Below, one piece after another: positions 18,356 to 33,313 of a DNA stretch of 64,000 bases. Under the pieces are notes generated by a model. That model did not search any database. It had not been told where the DNA came from and was given only the letters and a program-made list of their open reading frames with translations. A program made the position numbers and the translations under genes. The stretch is from an uncultured Verrucomicrobiae bacterium (lineage in GTDB: Bacteria > Chlamydiota > Chlamydiia > Chlamydiales > Rhabdochlamydiaceae): the NCBI GenBank assembly GCA_963806855.1, contig CAWDYW010000001.1, positions 512,001 through 576,000 on the forward strand, in the 5' to 3' direction. Position 1 is the first letter of the stretch, and the number at the start of each line of letters is the position of its first letter.

Positions 18356-19807
18356 TTAATAGATTTCGTTGTTTGAAAAACCAGGCTTTCCATCAAAGAG
18401 GTAGAGGTTTTCGGTTTTGACGATATCGAACCCCTCGTCTGCCAGGGCCTGCAGAGTTTTCAAAATCTGATCTGGATTGACCCCTTCTCCCTTTTGTCTT
18501 AAGCAAAATCTGGCTCTAAACTGATCGATGCAAAAAGTCTCGGGATGCCCTTCTGGCCAAACCTTTGCCCCTCGATTTGTCATCAGCTTTAACATCAAGG
18601 GCGCTCCGACCTTAGCCAGAGCCTTGCCTAGCTCATTAGGGGCGATTTTAGAGTATAAAAAGACATCAACCCCAATACATATCCTCTTCTCCACTTTGGG
18701 GGCCTTAGAAGCGAGCGCTGCGAGTTTCTCAGCCGGGTGGTAGGAGGCAGCTTTGAGCTTCTGTGGCTTTTGGCCCAAAAACTTTGCCACCGCATCGGCA
18801 AATTCCTTTGTCCCGACAAGAACTTTGCTCACCCCTTCTTGATAAATATCATAGGTGTGAATTCCCTCTTCGATCGTCTTCAGCCAAGCATTGTGGATCC
18901 TTTCGGCCACATCGTGGAGTCCCAAGTGGTTAAGCATCAGCACTGCGGCGAGTAATAACCCCGAAGGGTTGGCTGAATTGGTCCCGGCGCGGCGTGGAGC
19001 AGAACCGTGAATCGCCTCAAACAGCGCCCCATGGTCCCCGATATTGGCCGAGCCCCCTAGCCCGACAGATCCGGTCAATTGTGCAGCCACATCCGAGAGG
19101 ATATCTCCGTAGAGATTGGGGAGGACAATCACATCGAATACCTCGGGATGATCGGCTAATTTCGCCGTCCCGATATCGATGATCCAGTGCTCCGTTTCAA
19201 TATCCTTGTATTCAGCGCCAATTTCCTCAAAAATTTTATGAAAGAGCCCATCGGTCAGCTTCAGGATATTGTCCTTCGTGAAGCAGGTCACTTTTTTTCG
19301 CCCATTGGCCCGGGCATATTCAAAGGCAAAGCGGATAATTTTTTCTGAGCCGGGTCGAGAGATCATCTTGATCGCCTCGCAGAGATCAGGAGTTTGCCGG
19401 TATTCGATCCCTGTATAGAGATCCTCTTCATTTTCCCGAATGATCACCAGATCCATTTTCGGGTGTTTCGTCGCAATAAAGGGAGCATAAGAGGCGCTGG
19501 GACGGACATTGGCATAAAGACCCAGAGTTGAGCGGATCGTCACATTGAGACTCTTATAGCCGCCTCCTTGAGGGGTGGTCACTGGACTCTTGAGCAGGGC
19601 GGCCGTACTGCGTAGAACATCCCAAGTCAAAGGCGACATCCCCGTTTCCATCCCGGCCAAATAGCATTTTTCACCAATTTCGATTGGATGATACTCGAGA
19701 TTTGCACCCGCCTCATCGAGGACATAGCGGACGGCTTGCATAATCTCCGGTCCGATTCCATCCCCTTCGGCAATTGCAATTGGGATTTTTCTACTTGTCA
19801 TCAACAC
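18356..19807 (-). CDS. icd: NADP-dependent isocitrate dehydrogenase (long form with C-terminal extension)
   Basis: Motifs GDGIGPEI, TTPQGGGYKSLNVTIR, RENEEDLY, NLYGDILSD and FEAIHGSAP. Confidence 0.9.
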   Translation of the reverse strand: MLMTSRKIPIAIAEGDGIGPEIMQAVRYVLDEAGANLEYHPIEIGEKCYLAGMETGMSPLTWDVLRSTAALLKSPVTTPQGGGYKSLNVTIRSTLGLYANVRPSASYAPFIATKHPKMDLVIIRENEEDLYTGIEYRQTPDLCEAIKMISRPGSEKIIRFAFEYARANGRKKVTCFTKDNILKLTDGLFHKIFEEIGAEYKDIETEHWIIDIGTAKLADHPEVFDVIVLPNLYGDILSDVAAQLTGSVGLGGSANIGDHGALFEAIHGSAPRRAGTNSANPSGLLLAAVLMLNHLGLHDVAERIHNAWLKTIEEGIHTYDIYQEGVSKVLVGTKEFADAVAKFLGQKPQKLKAASYHPAEKLAALASKAPKVEKRICIGVDVFLYSKIAPNELGKALAKVGAPLMLKLMTNRGAKVWPEGHPETFCIDQFRARFCLRQKGEGVNPDQILKTLQALADEGFDIVKTENLYLFDGKPGFSNNEIY

Positions 19808-19846
19808 CCATTAACCCTTATCTTATTTTATTGTTAGGAGATTTAT

Positions 19847-20830
19847 TTGAAGATTTCAAGCGAAATAACCACCGTCTTACAAAGCCTAGCAGACCAGCAG
19901 CGGCAATTTATCAACTTCTTTTTTGATCAACTCGATCTCGAGCAAATCGAAAAAGTGGTCCATGCCTGCTTCCAGTGCCAAGGGCTCATCATCCTCACTG
20001 GCGTTGGCAAGAGCGGCATTATCGCTGAAAAAATCGCGATGACCCTAACCTCAACCGGTAGTCGCGCCCTCTACTTGCCTGCCGCCAATTTTCTCCATGG
20101 CGACATTGGGGCGCTCACTTCGCAAGACGTGGTCCTCATGCTGAGCAAAAGTGGGGAGACAAAAGAACTCCTCGAGCTGATTCCTCATGTGCGGCGCAAA
20201 GGAAGCAAGATCATCACCATCATTTCCGATCTCAATAGCCCATTATCCAAAAAAGGGGATCTAGCCGTCCACCTACCCGTTGAAAAAGAACTCTGTACTT
20301 TCGACCTGGCCCCGACCACCTCCACCTCTGTACAGCTCCTCTTCGGCGACCTACTGGCCATGGCCCTCATGAGAGAGAAAGGGTTTACCCTAGAACATTT
20401 TGCTGAAAACCATCCTGCCGGATCGATAGGAAAGAAAATCACCCTCTTTGTCAGCGACCTGATGAAAACCGGCGATGAGCTTCCACTCTGCAGCCCCAAA
20501 GATCGGCTCGTTGACGTCATTGTCGAACTTTCGAACAAACGGTGCGGCTGCCTATTGATCACAGCTGCAGACCAGACCCTCCTCGGAATCTTCACAGATG
20601 GAGACCTAAGGCGAGCTCTCCAAGCCCATGGGGCCATTGTCCTCGAGAGAAAAATGGAAGAGCTCATGACCAAATCGGCCATCACCGTCGAGACGGATGA
20701 TTTAGCCTATCAGGCCCTTCAAAAAATGCAATCAGAGCGATTCGTCCTAGTTGCCCCAGTAGTTGAGAATAACAAAATTGTCGGATTGATCCGCATGCAC
20801 GACATTGTCCACAAAGGAATAGAGAAATGA
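19847..20830 (+). CDS. kdsD: Arabinose-5-phosphate isomerase (KpsF/GutQ family, SIS + 2 CBS domains)
   Basis: Motifs TGVGKSG, HGDIG, SKSGET, APTTST, HPAG and GIFTDGDLRR. Confidence 0.9.
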   Translation: MKISSEITTVLQSLADQQRQFINFFFDQLDLEQIEKVVHACFQCQGLIILTGVGKSGIIAEKIAMTLTSTGSRALYLPAANFLHGDIGALTSQDVVLMLSKSGETKELLELIPHVRRKGSKIITIISDLNSPLSKKGDLAVHLPVEKELCTFDLAPTTSTSVQLLFGDLLAMALMREKGFTLEHFAENHPAGSIGKKITLFVSDLMKTGDELPLCSPKDRLVDVIVELSNKRCGCLLITAADQTLLGIFTDGDLRRALQAHGAIVLERKMEELMTKSAITVETDDLAYQALQKMQSERFVLVAPVVENNKIVGLIRMHDIVHKGIEK

Positions 20831-22107
20831 GCAACCTCCTATATCCGCTGATCCTAACCGTATTCGGGCTAGGTTATCTCGCGATCATCTTCGAACATGT
20901 GATCAAAATCAATAAGACCGCAGTTGCCCTCCTCATCGCAGTCCTCTGCTGGGTCATCTACTTTACCACTACAATGCACCCAGCTGAACATGATCTGATC
21001 CTCCTAGGTAAACATGTGTCAGACGTCTCACAGATCATCTTCTTCCTCATAGGCGCCATGACCATCGTCGAATTGATCGACTCCCATAAAGGCTTTAAAG
21101 TCATCACCAACCTCATCCGGACCAATTCAAAACGCAAGATGATCTTGCTCATCTGCATCCTCACCTTCTTCCTCTCAGCTATCCTCGACAACCTGACCAC
21201 CACCATCCTGATGGTATCCCTCCTGCGCAAATTCGTCCCCGTTCACAAAGAACGCTTCCTCCTCAGCTGCCTCGTCGTCGTCGCAGCCAACGCCGGAGGA
21301 GCCTGGACCCCGATCGGCGACGTCACCACCACCATGCTCTGGATCAACGGCCAACTCTCCTCCCTCAAAGTGATGAAAGCCCTCTTCCTCCCCAGCATCA
21401 TCTCCCTTTTGGTCCCCGCGCTCTACTACTACTTTAAGCAGAAAGGAAACTACACCCAAGCGACTCCAGAAGAGCTCGATGGGGAAACCCCACCTGGCTC
21501 CCGCCTCGTCTTCTTCGTCGGCATGGGCTCCCTCGTCTTCGTCCCCATTTTCAAAACCCTCACTGGACTCCCTCCCTTCATGGGCGTCCTCCTCGGCGTC
21601 GCAGTCCTCTGGGTGATCACTGATATCCTCCACTACAAATACGAGCAGCGGCATCATCTGCGCATCCCCGCCATCCTTAATAAAATCGACACAGCGGGCG
21701 TCCTCTTCTTCCTCGGGATCCTTCTCTGCATCAACGCCCTCGAATCTGCTGGCATCCTCACCGAGCTTGCCCAGTGGCTCGACCGCGAAGTGCAAAACCA
21801 AGTCCTGATCGCCACCCTCATCGGCGTAATCTCTGCCGTCATCGACAACGTCCCCCTCGTCGCAGGCACCATGGGCATGTACCCCCTTTCCCAAATCCCG
21901 ATGGATTCTAACCTTTGGCACATGATCGCCTATGCCGCCGGTACAGGAGGGAGCATGCTCGTGATCGGTTCCGCCGCCGGCGTCGCCCTGATGAGCCTCG
22001 AGAAAGTCGACTTCATCACCTACATGCGCAAAATGACCATCCCCATCCTCATCGGCTACCTCGCCGGGATTGGGGTGATCGTGTTGCAGAACTATTTGTT
22101 CTCATGA
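20827..22107 (+). CDS. nhaD: NhaD-family Na+/H+ antiporter
   Basis: Motifs SAILDNLTT, ANAGGAWTPIGDVTT, DNVPLV and GTGGSMLVIGSAAGV. Confidence 0.9.
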   Translation: MSNLLYPLILTVFGLGYLAIIFEHVIKINKTAVALLIAVLCWVIYFTTTMHPAEHDLILLGKHVSDVSQIIFFLIGAMTIVELIDSHKGFKVITNLIRTNSKRKMILLICILTFFLSAILDNLTTTILMVSLLRKFVPVHKERFLLSCLVVVAANAGGAWTPIGDVTTTMLWINGQLSSLKVMKALFLPSIISLLVPALYYYFKQKGNYTQATPEELDGETPPGSRLVFFVGMGSLVFVPIFKTLTGLPPFMGVLLGVAVLWVITDILHYKYEQRHHLRIPAILNKIDTAGVLFFLGILLCINALESAGILTELAQWLDREVQNQVLIATLIGVISAVIDNVPLVAGTMGMYPLSQIPMDSNLWHMIAYAAGTGGSMLVIGSAAGVALMSLEKVDFITYMRKMTIPILIGYLAGIGVIVLQNYLFS

Positions 22108-22200
22108 GTGAGATTTGAACCCGGTTTATATTCAAATTCTTGAGCATAAATTCTAATTATAATATAAATTTGGTCGTAAATTGAATTATTTAATGAAAAT

Positions 22201-23370
22201 ATGTTTGGACTATCCTCAGTAACTTCCGGCTCAGCAGTTCAGCCTCAAGCGCCTGCAACAAGCCCTTCAGCCGTAGAGCCTGCTAGAGAAAAACGCTCTG
22301 AAGAAGCCCCAGTACCGGTCGGCAAGCTGGTTCCAATGAAAGGGAGCCAATTCGATTTCCCTATTGTAGGAATAACACGCAAAATAATAGATAATGAATC
22401 CATTGATGGTAAAAGCTACATGACCGATTTTCTTCAACGGACGGATATCCCTGAGCAGCTCAAAGCGTTTGTCGGGACATATATTGGCAAACATAAATGC
22501 AAGCAGGGGAAAATTGACTGCCTCGACTACCCTGTTATTGCCCTCTTATCAAACGAGGCAATGAAAGCACATTTAATGGAGTACCAAACCAAATATGGGA
22601 TCCACATTGAGATGTGTAATGGCGTGGATTTAGCAAATACATTACAACAGCTGAAAGACAATCCGCCTTCGTCGTCACCCTTTGGACTGATTGTACAGTC
22701 TGAATATGAGGAAGGTCATGCGACACCCCTTCTATGCCATTTCACTCTAGATACGCAACAAGTTGTTATTATGGACGCATTAGGATCAAACAGCACCTGG
22801 GAGACTGTTAAGCAGAGCAAGTCAGCTTGCCTAAACGCTCGCATCGGATACAGGGAGGCTTTTAAGCCACGCCAAGCAGATGGTTTTTCCTGCCGCACAA
22901 GCGCAGTGATTCTTCTTCGCAATGCGCTTTTAGACATCATGAATAAACAAAACACCCAGAGCTTTACAGCTATCTTCGCAATGACACAGCCTGTCGAGGA
23001 TCAGGGGGAAGGCTCAATTTGTGTGATTCCACGCGAATGGGATTATACTGACCAAATCACCAATCAAGCGAAAGCTGCTGATGAAGCTTATGTGCCTCGC
23101 CAGCATATTAGAGGCAAGCCTCCCATGACCGTTACAGAATTCAGGGAGCGTCACACCAATGCAGTGATGTTTGAATATCAACTCGAACTCGACTATATGG
23201 ACTCCGATCCTTCAGCATTGGCGACTCTTACATATCCTCCAGGCGTCGAGGTTAGAATAAGTAACGCGAAGACATTAATCTTAAGCTGGAGAGGCACAAG
23301 AAGGATCAACACCTACCTCGTCTACAAAGGGCAGCGCAATGCGATCCAAGAGCTAGGCAACAAAGCCTAA
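22201..23370 (+). CDS. Probable CE-clan (Ulp1/YopJ-like) cysteine protease effector
   Basis: His...Asp...Gln-x5-Cys order (GHATPLL, IMDALGS, RQADGFSC); S/P/A-rich N-terminus. Confidence 0.6.
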   Translation: MFGLSSVTSGSAVQPQAPATSPSAVEPAREKRSEEAPVPVGKLVPMKGSQFDFPIVGITRKIIDNESIDGKSYMTDFLQRTDIPEQLKAFVGTYIGKHKCKQGKIDCLDYPVIALLSNEAMKAHLMEYQTKYGIHIEMCNGVDLANTLQQLKDNPPSSSPFGLIVQSEYEEGHATPLLCHFTLDTQQVVIMDALGSNSTWETVKQSKSACLNARIGYREAFKPRQADGFSCRTSAVILLRNALLDIMNKQNTQSFTAIFAMTQPVEDQGEGSICVIPREWDYTDQITNQAKAADEAYVPRQHIRGKPPMTVTEFRERHTNAVMFEYQLELDYMDSDPSALATLTYPPGVEVRISNAKTLILSWRGTRRINTYLVYKGQRNAIQELGNKA

Positions 23371-23411
23371 TATTACCCCTCCCCGCCCAGCCTCCTTCAT
23401 ACCCTCTTCAT

Positions 23412-23578
23412 TATACCCCGACTCGCCCAAAAGTGTGAATTTGGACCGCGCCAAAGCCTCGGGGTTCAGCTGTTTTTCCGAGGGTTGTATATATTCGATA
23501 CTACCCTCGGAAAAACAGTTGAACCGCGAGAGCTTTCGCGTGGGTCCAAATTCACACTTTTGGGCGAGTCGGGGTATA
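23412..23578. mobile_element. Full-length (167 bp) palindromic MITE-like element, family A
   Basis: TATACCCCGACTCGCCCAAAAGTGTGAATTTGGACC ... GGTCCAAATTCACACTTTTGGGCGAGTCGGGGTATA; almost the whole element folds into one hairpin. Confidence 0.88.
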
Positions 23579-23882
23579 CAAGGACTTCCTCACTACTGCG
23601 GGTTGATCCGCAATTGCCAGGCAGGGGAGTGCTGTGTCGCCGGAGATATCGATCGTGAACCCTCATCAAAGTTAACAAATTATTTTATCCATTTTTTTTC
23701 AAAAAACTAAAATTGGCTCCACAGATATCTGAGAGCAGATATTTAAGCCTTCCAGAAATGTTAATCAATTATTTTAAATTAAAATTGTTTGCGGAAAATT
23801 CGGCGCCTTAGATATATTGGTGTCTTCCTTTAAGCGAGATATCGATAAAGGAAAAGCATCAGCAGTGTTTAGCGATGCTAAA

Positions 23883-23921
23883 GCTCTTTTGACAACAGTG
23901 ATGAAGTGATGTACAAACGCT
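23883..23921 (+). promoter_or_regulatory. rRNA leader: boxA-like motif and 5' arm of the 16S processing stem
   Basis: GCTCTTTTGACA resembles boxA; 23888-23921 is complementary to spacer bases 25586-25620. Confidence 0.65.
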
Positions 23922-24000
23922 TGTGCAAACAAAGTTGAAAAACTTTGCTTGTCATATTTTTTAAATTAATTTCTAAAGACAAATTGTCAAGAATTATTTC

Positions 24001-25552
<1,552 letters not shown>

Positions 25553-25877
25553 AAAGGACAATAGTTTGTTCTTAGTGTTGAGATGAGCGTTTGTTACATC
25601 ACTTCTTTACTGTTGTCAAAGGCAGAATGTTATCTGGAATATCGTAAGTAGAGAGAATTAAGAACTCGCTTCGCGACCAAATTTTGGTCCCGAATTGAGT
25701 TTAAAATTCTCTCGTCAAGTATTATTTTTGATTCAACAGCGATAAGGTTGAATCAAAAAAGCGTCAATTTTTTTTATCTTCACTGATAGAGAATGGCGCT
25801 TGAGAATAATAACCATCATATTTGAATAGGATTGGCGAGAAACTAAGTTTTTAGTTTCAGAACCACAAAAATTTTGT

Positions 25878-28824
<2,947 letters not shown>

Positions 28825-28986
28825 TTTTTTTTCATCATCGGCGTGATTCTTACCACTAAATAGGAATCAAGCCAATGATGACCGCGCCAATTCTATCTCA
28901 AATTGAGGTTAGAATTTTCGAGCGCCTTTTTCTATCAATGAAACGCTTAATACCGAAACTTACGATTTTTCCAGTTTTAAATTTTT

Positions 28987-29100
28987 TCTGGTGGCACTAG
29001 AGAAAGGGCCATACCTGATCCCATCCCGAACTCAGAAGTCAAGCCTTTCTTCGCCGATGGTACTACACACAAGAGTGTGGAAGAGTAGGGCGCTGCCAGA
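28987..29100 (+). rRNA. rrf: 5S rRNA
   Basis: TCTGGTGGC...CCTGATCCCATCCCGAACTCAGAAGTCAAG...GCCGATGGTACT...GAGTAGG...GCCAGA. Confidence 0.95.
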
Positions 29101-29110
29101 TTTTCATTTC

Positions 29111-29143
29111 GAGCCTCAGAGTTTTCTGAGGCTCTTTTTTTTT
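29111..29143 (+). terminator. rRNA operon terminator
   Basis: GAGCCTCAGA-GTTT-TCTGAGGCTC followed by a T tract. Confidence 0.85.
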
Positions 29144-29184
29144 GATTTAATGGAATTTAAATTTTGACAGACTAGGATGGTGCC

Positions 29185-30669
29185 ATGACTAAACTTGCAA
29201 CAACTCTATTTTTTCTCCTTTCTACTTATACTCTCGCATTTGGAAACAATCCCGATACTGATGATGGCGAAATGAGCCAATTACCCCCTGCTATAGTTGA
29301 AGATGTGATTGTAACGGCAGAAGAGACTGAGGAGCCGGTTTTGGCTGAAGAGGCAGTTGTCGTTATTGAAGTTGAGGCGCCAGTTTTAGCTGAAGAGACT
29401 GTTGTCGATGAATCTTATGTTCCTGAAATTCGCTGTGAGCAGGAAGCGCTCATAGATCAGGAAGTCGAAATTGCGGTGGTTGGTCTTCGGCCAAATCAGG
29501 CGGTGTCCATTGAAGCCAGATGGGTTGGGATTGACCATGTGCAGTGGATCTCTTCAGCGCAATTCCGTTCAGATCAAAATGGGGTCATTAATCTTGCTGA
29601 GCAGGCGCCGCTTGAGGGAAGTTATGAGGGAGTAGATCCCATGGGCCTATTTTGGTCGATGAAGATGGGCAATGTGGTCATCCTTGAAAATTGTGACCTT
29701 GGGGATGAAAAGGTTGATTGCAGAGGGGCGCTCAAAGTCAATTTGAAGGTTTTAGATGAAAATGGAGTGATTGCCCAAAAATCGATCTGCCGGGGCACTT
29801 TATTGCCCGATGTGGAAGTGATTGAGCTGAGGGAAAATGGGCTTATTGGCAATTTGTTTATCCCTAGTTCTGAGGAAACGTTGCCGGTTGTGATCGTTCT
29901 CGCTGGTTCTGAAGGGGGAATTCCCGATGGAATTGCTGAGCTAATGAGCTCTAATGGGATTGCTGCTTTTGCCCTTGCCTATTCTGGGGTATACGATCTG
30001 CCGCCTGATGTCGAAAATGTCGAGCTGGAGTACTTTGAGAGGGCATTCGAATGGCTTCAAAATCACCCCAGATTGAATGGGAAAATTGCCATTTGGGGCG
30101 CCTCTCGAGGCGCAGAACTTGCTCTGTTGCTTGGCTCTATGTTCCCGGATAGCATCGATCGCATTGTCGCTGTTGCGCCGAGCAGTGTGGTTCTATCACC
30201 AAATGCATGGTTATATAAGGGAGAACCTGTTCTGCCTGCGGCTCCCTTCCTTGTCGATTTCAATTATGACTTCAGGAATGACGTTGCCCTGCGCGAAACT
30301 CCCCATGTCCAAAAAATCCATTTCGAGAGAGGGATCTATTTGGAGAACGAACGGTTTGAGGCTGCTTCGATTCCAGTCGAAAAGATCAAATGTCCAATTA
30401 TGCTCATTACAGGTGGAGATGATCAACTGGGGCCATGCAGTATCTTTGCAAAGCAAATTTTCGCCCGTTTAGATAGGTTTCATTCTAAAATCGAAAAAAC
30501 CCATCTAGATTACCCTAAAGCAGGCCATCTCATTGGTCTTCCTTATCTTCCCCGGATCAATCTCTTTTTTGACGAATGGAGGTGGATCAACGTTGGCGGG
30601 ACTCCTTATGCGGATGAACTCGCTAGCCGCGATGCCTGGGAACATACTCTCGAATTTCTCCAGGACTAA
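29185..30669 (+). CDS. Acyl-CoA thioesterase/BAAT-family alpha/beta hydrolase with signal peptide
   Basis: Motifs GSYEGVDPMGLFWSM, GSEGG, nucleophile elbow GASRG and YPKAGHLI; N-terminal signal peptide and acidic linker. Confidence 0.88.
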   Translation: MTKLATTLFFLLSTYTLAFGNNPDTDDGEMSQLPPAIVEDVIVTAEETEEPVLAEEAVVVIEVEAPVLAEETVVDESYVPEIRCEQEALIDQEVEIAVVGLRPNQAVSIEARWVGIDHVQWISSAQFRSDQNGVINLAEQAPLEGSYEGVDPMGLFWSMKMGNVVILENCDLGDEKVDCRGALKVNLKVLDENGVIAQKSICRGTLLPDVEVIELRENGLIGNLFIPSSEETLPVVIVLAGSEGGIPDGIAELMSSNGIAAFALAYSGVYDLPPDVENVELEYFERAFEWLQNHPRLNGKIAIWGASRGAELALLLGSMFPDSIDRIVAVAPSSVVLSPNAWLYKGEPVLPAAPFLVDFNYDFRNDVALRETPHVQKIHFERGIYLENERFEAASIPVEKIKCPIMLITGGDDQLGPCSIFAKQIFARLDRFHSKIEKTHLDYPKAGHLIGLPYLPRINLFFDEWRWINVGGTPYADELASRDAWEHTLEFLQD

Positions 30670-30682
30670 CTCTTTAGGTCTA

Positions 30683-30711
30683 GCCTCAGAATTTTCTGAG
30701 GCCTTTTTTTT
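30683..30711 (+). terminator. Intrinsic terminator nearly identical to the rRNA terminator
   Basis: AGCCTCAGAATTTTCTGAGGC followed by a T tract. Confidence 0.8.
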
Positions 30712-30816
30712 CAATTTGAATTTATTAGAATTTTGACATACTCTAGAAGAGAGCGACATTGCTTACGAACAAGGCGCGCGTGAAGACCTCAAAAGTGGCG
30801 GGGTTAAGAGGGCAAA

Positions 30817-31503
30817 ATGAAAATTATTACAGTCTTTGTAAGTATAGTCCTTTTTTTCGGATCTCTTTATTCGGCAGAGTCGATCGGTAAAGTGATTGCA
30901 GTAGAGGGAACCGCACTGGCAAATGAGAGGATTCTTACTCGGGGCGCAGATATTTTTATTTCCGATTTGATTAAGGTTGCTGCGGCGAGCAAAATGCAGA
31001 TTAGATTTACTGATGGGGGGATCCTCAACCTAATCGCATTAACCGAGTATCGGATTGATTCCTATCAGTTTAATAAAACGGGAACCGATAGATATTCTGC
31101 TCAACTTGTGAAAGGGGGATTTAGAATGCTTTCAGGAGGGATTAGGGAGTCTAGTCCGGAGGGCTCCTCTATCCAAACGCCTGATTTAACAATTGGGATT
31201 CGAGGGACGTTGTTTAACGTCAATATTGTCCAAGGAATAACCTCTGTCGGTGTAGAGAAGGGATCTGTAATTCTCGAAAATGCTGGTGGTGTTGTAATTC
31301 TAAAAGCTGGAGAGTATCTCTCTACATATTCGCCGAATGTCATGGGCACCCCAACCACAGCTCAGCCAGATGCGCTAAATGCCACCTATTTTTCCACTCC
31401 TGCGGGTGGGCTAAGCATGGAAACAGCTAGTGAAACCGTGGGATTTGGGGGTGGAATTCGATTAGAAATTAATCAAAGTCAGGGAAATCCCCCTTGCGAA
31501 TAA
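30817..31503 (+). CDS. Exported FecR-domain protein
   Basis: Signal peptide; motifs IRFTDGGILNL, LVKGGFR, IQTPDLTIGIRGT and VGVEKGSV. Confidence 0.8.
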   Translation: MKIITVFVSIVLFFGSLYSAESIGKVIAVEGTALANERILTRGADIFISDLIKVAAASKMQIRFTDGGILNLIALTEYRIDSYQFNKTGTDRYSAQLVKGGFRMLSGGIRESSPEGSSIQTPDLTIGIRGTLFNVNIVQGITSVGVEKGSVILENAGGVVILKAGEYLSTYSPNVMGTPTTAQPDALNATYFSTPAGGLSMETASETVGFGGGIRLEINQSQGNPPCE

Positions 31504-31519
31504 AGGTGTTAAAATAATT

Positions 31520-33298
31520 ATGTGGCTTATTCCTTTTCTTCTCTGTGCTGAATTTATGTCGACGCTCTCGAAAACCGATTCTTCAGGTTTTTTCGGTATA
31601 ATAGCTAGCGAAGAAGATCGCTCTTACCAAATGGAAGAGCGGGATGGTCAAAATGAAAGTCAAAGTCAGATACAAGGGATCTTTCTCACTGGAAAATCTG
31701 AAGATGTGATTCCTGAAGGGCGCCCTGAACAAACCGGTATCCAATTGATGGATATTGAAATTCCGGGGGGATCTGAAGCTTTGATCGATCGTCTCAAACC
31801 CTTTTTGGGAAAACCGGTCAGTGAGGAGACCGCCATTGCAATCAAGCAGAACATCATCGAATACTATCTGAAAAATGGAGTGACGATGGTGGGCGTTGAA
31901 GTGCCCTCCCAAATGACCGAAGGGGGAGTAATCCAATTTCTAGTTTTACGAAAAAGATGTGGGCAGATCATCTCTAAGGGAGAGAGTTTTTACAATAGCG
32001 CCAGATTGAGTCGCTATTTGGGTGTCACCCCTAATCAAGAAATCGCCGACGATGTTCTACAGAATAATCTTTCGTGGTTGAACAAAAATCCGTTCCAGTT
32101 TAATAAAATAAGGTTTGTTGATACGGCCGATCCCAATGTATTGGATATTGAAGTGGATTCGGAAAAAAGGCGCGCTCTCCGTTTTTATGTCAAGGGGGAC
32201 AACACCGGCTCTTGCAATACAGGCTATGGACGGCTCTATGCAGGCTTTGCTTGGGGTAATGCTTTTAATAGGGGGGATATCCTTGCCTTTGAATATGAGT
32301 CATCAACTGAATTCAGACGGTTTCAATCATGGACAGCAAACTACACCTGTTTTTTGCCTTGGAAAAATATTATAACACTCTATGGAGCGTATGGGATTGT
32401 TAAACCCTCTCTTCCAGCTTTCGTACCAACTTTTCTTCGCACCCATAGAATCATAGCTAAAGCTTGGCAGATAAGACCGCGCTATACGATTCCTTTCAGA
32501 CCGCTCTATACACCCCTCCAGCAAAGCTTGGCTTTTGGATTTGATGTAAAAAATACCAATAGTAGCATCGTCAATTTAGCAGGCGTCAATGAAGTCGTGC
32601 AGCCTGCGTCTTTACTTCGAAATGTTGCGCAAATCTATGTGACACAGCTAGCCGCCTCCTATACTCTTTACGATACTGTGTGTAGGAATAATTATTCATT
32701 TAATGTAAGTTTTTACGCCTCTCCATTTACATGGCTGCCCCATCAATCAGACCACGCTTATGGGAAAGTAAGATCCCACTCAAGGCCTAAATACTGCTAC
32801 TTAAATGTGATTGCTGCCGATGTGATCGAATTCTGCAATGAGACGTCGATTTCGTTTTTGATCCGTGGTCAGGTGGCTTCCCATACCCTTCCTCCTACTG
32901 AACTATTTTGCATTGGGGGATATGATACGGTCCGAGGGTATCATGAAGCAGAAGTGAGCGGAGATAACGGTTTTATTGCCAACTTTGAAGTGCGCACCCG
33001 TCAGTTTTCGGCAATTCCTCGCTCCAACGGCAAGCTTAGTTTCCTTGCCTTTATCGATTATGGGCTGAGCAACAACTGGTATATGAGGCCCACTGGAATC
33101 CCTGGAATAAAAAATCTTCCCAATACGCAGTATCTTCTCGGTGTTGGGCCAGGGCTTCGTTATGCGGTTAATCCCTATTTCCAGCTCCGTTTAGATTATG
33201 GAATTAAGCTCCATAAGCTCGCTAGCAATTCCCCATTTCTTAACAAGCTAAACTCGGGATTTGGACAGGTGCACATCGGAGCGCTCGCTAGCTTTTAG
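31520..33298 (+). CDS. ShlB/FhaC/HecB (TpsB, Omp85 superfamily) outer-membrane transporter
   Basis: POTRA-like N-terminus, DNTGS..TG, loop-6 motif IGGYDTVRGY, GVGPGLRY and C-terminal Phe. Confidence 0.88.
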   Translation: MWLIPFLLCAEFMSTLSKTDSSGFFGIIASEEDRSYQMEERDGQNESQSQIQGIFLTGKSEDVIPEGRPEQTGIQLMDIEIPGGSEALIDRLKPFLGKPVSEETAIAIKQNIIEYYLKNGVTMVGVEVPSQMTEGGVIQFLVLRKRCGQIISKGESFYNSARLSRYLGVTPNQEIADDVLQNNLSWLNKNPFQFNKIRFVDTADPNVLDIEVDSEKRRALRFYVKGDNTGSCNTGYGRLYAGFAWGNAFNRGDILAFEYESSTEFRRFQSWTANYTCFLPWKNIITLYGAYGIVKPSLPAFVPTFLRTHRIIAKAWQIRPRYTIPFRPLYTPLQQSLAFGFDVKNTNSSIVNLAGVNEVVQPASLLRNVAQIYVTQLAASYTLYDTVCRNNYSFNVSFYASPFTWLPHQSDHAYGKVRSHSRPKYCYLNVIAADVIEFCNETSISFLIRGQVASHTLPPTELFCIGGYDTVRGYHEAEVSGDNGFIANFEVRTRQFSAIPRSNGKLSFLAFIDYGLSNNWYMRPTGIPGIKNLPNTQYLLGVGPGLRYAVNPYFQLRLDYGIKLHKLASNSPFLNKLNSGFGQVHIGALASF

Positions 33299-33313
33299 GC
33301 GAGTCGGGGTATA
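33292..33313. repeat. Solitary end of a family A palindrome overlapping the TpsB stop codon
   Basis: CTTTTAGGCGAGTCGGGGTATA versus the family end CTTTTGGGCGAGTCGGGGTATA (1 mismatch). Confidence 0.75.
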
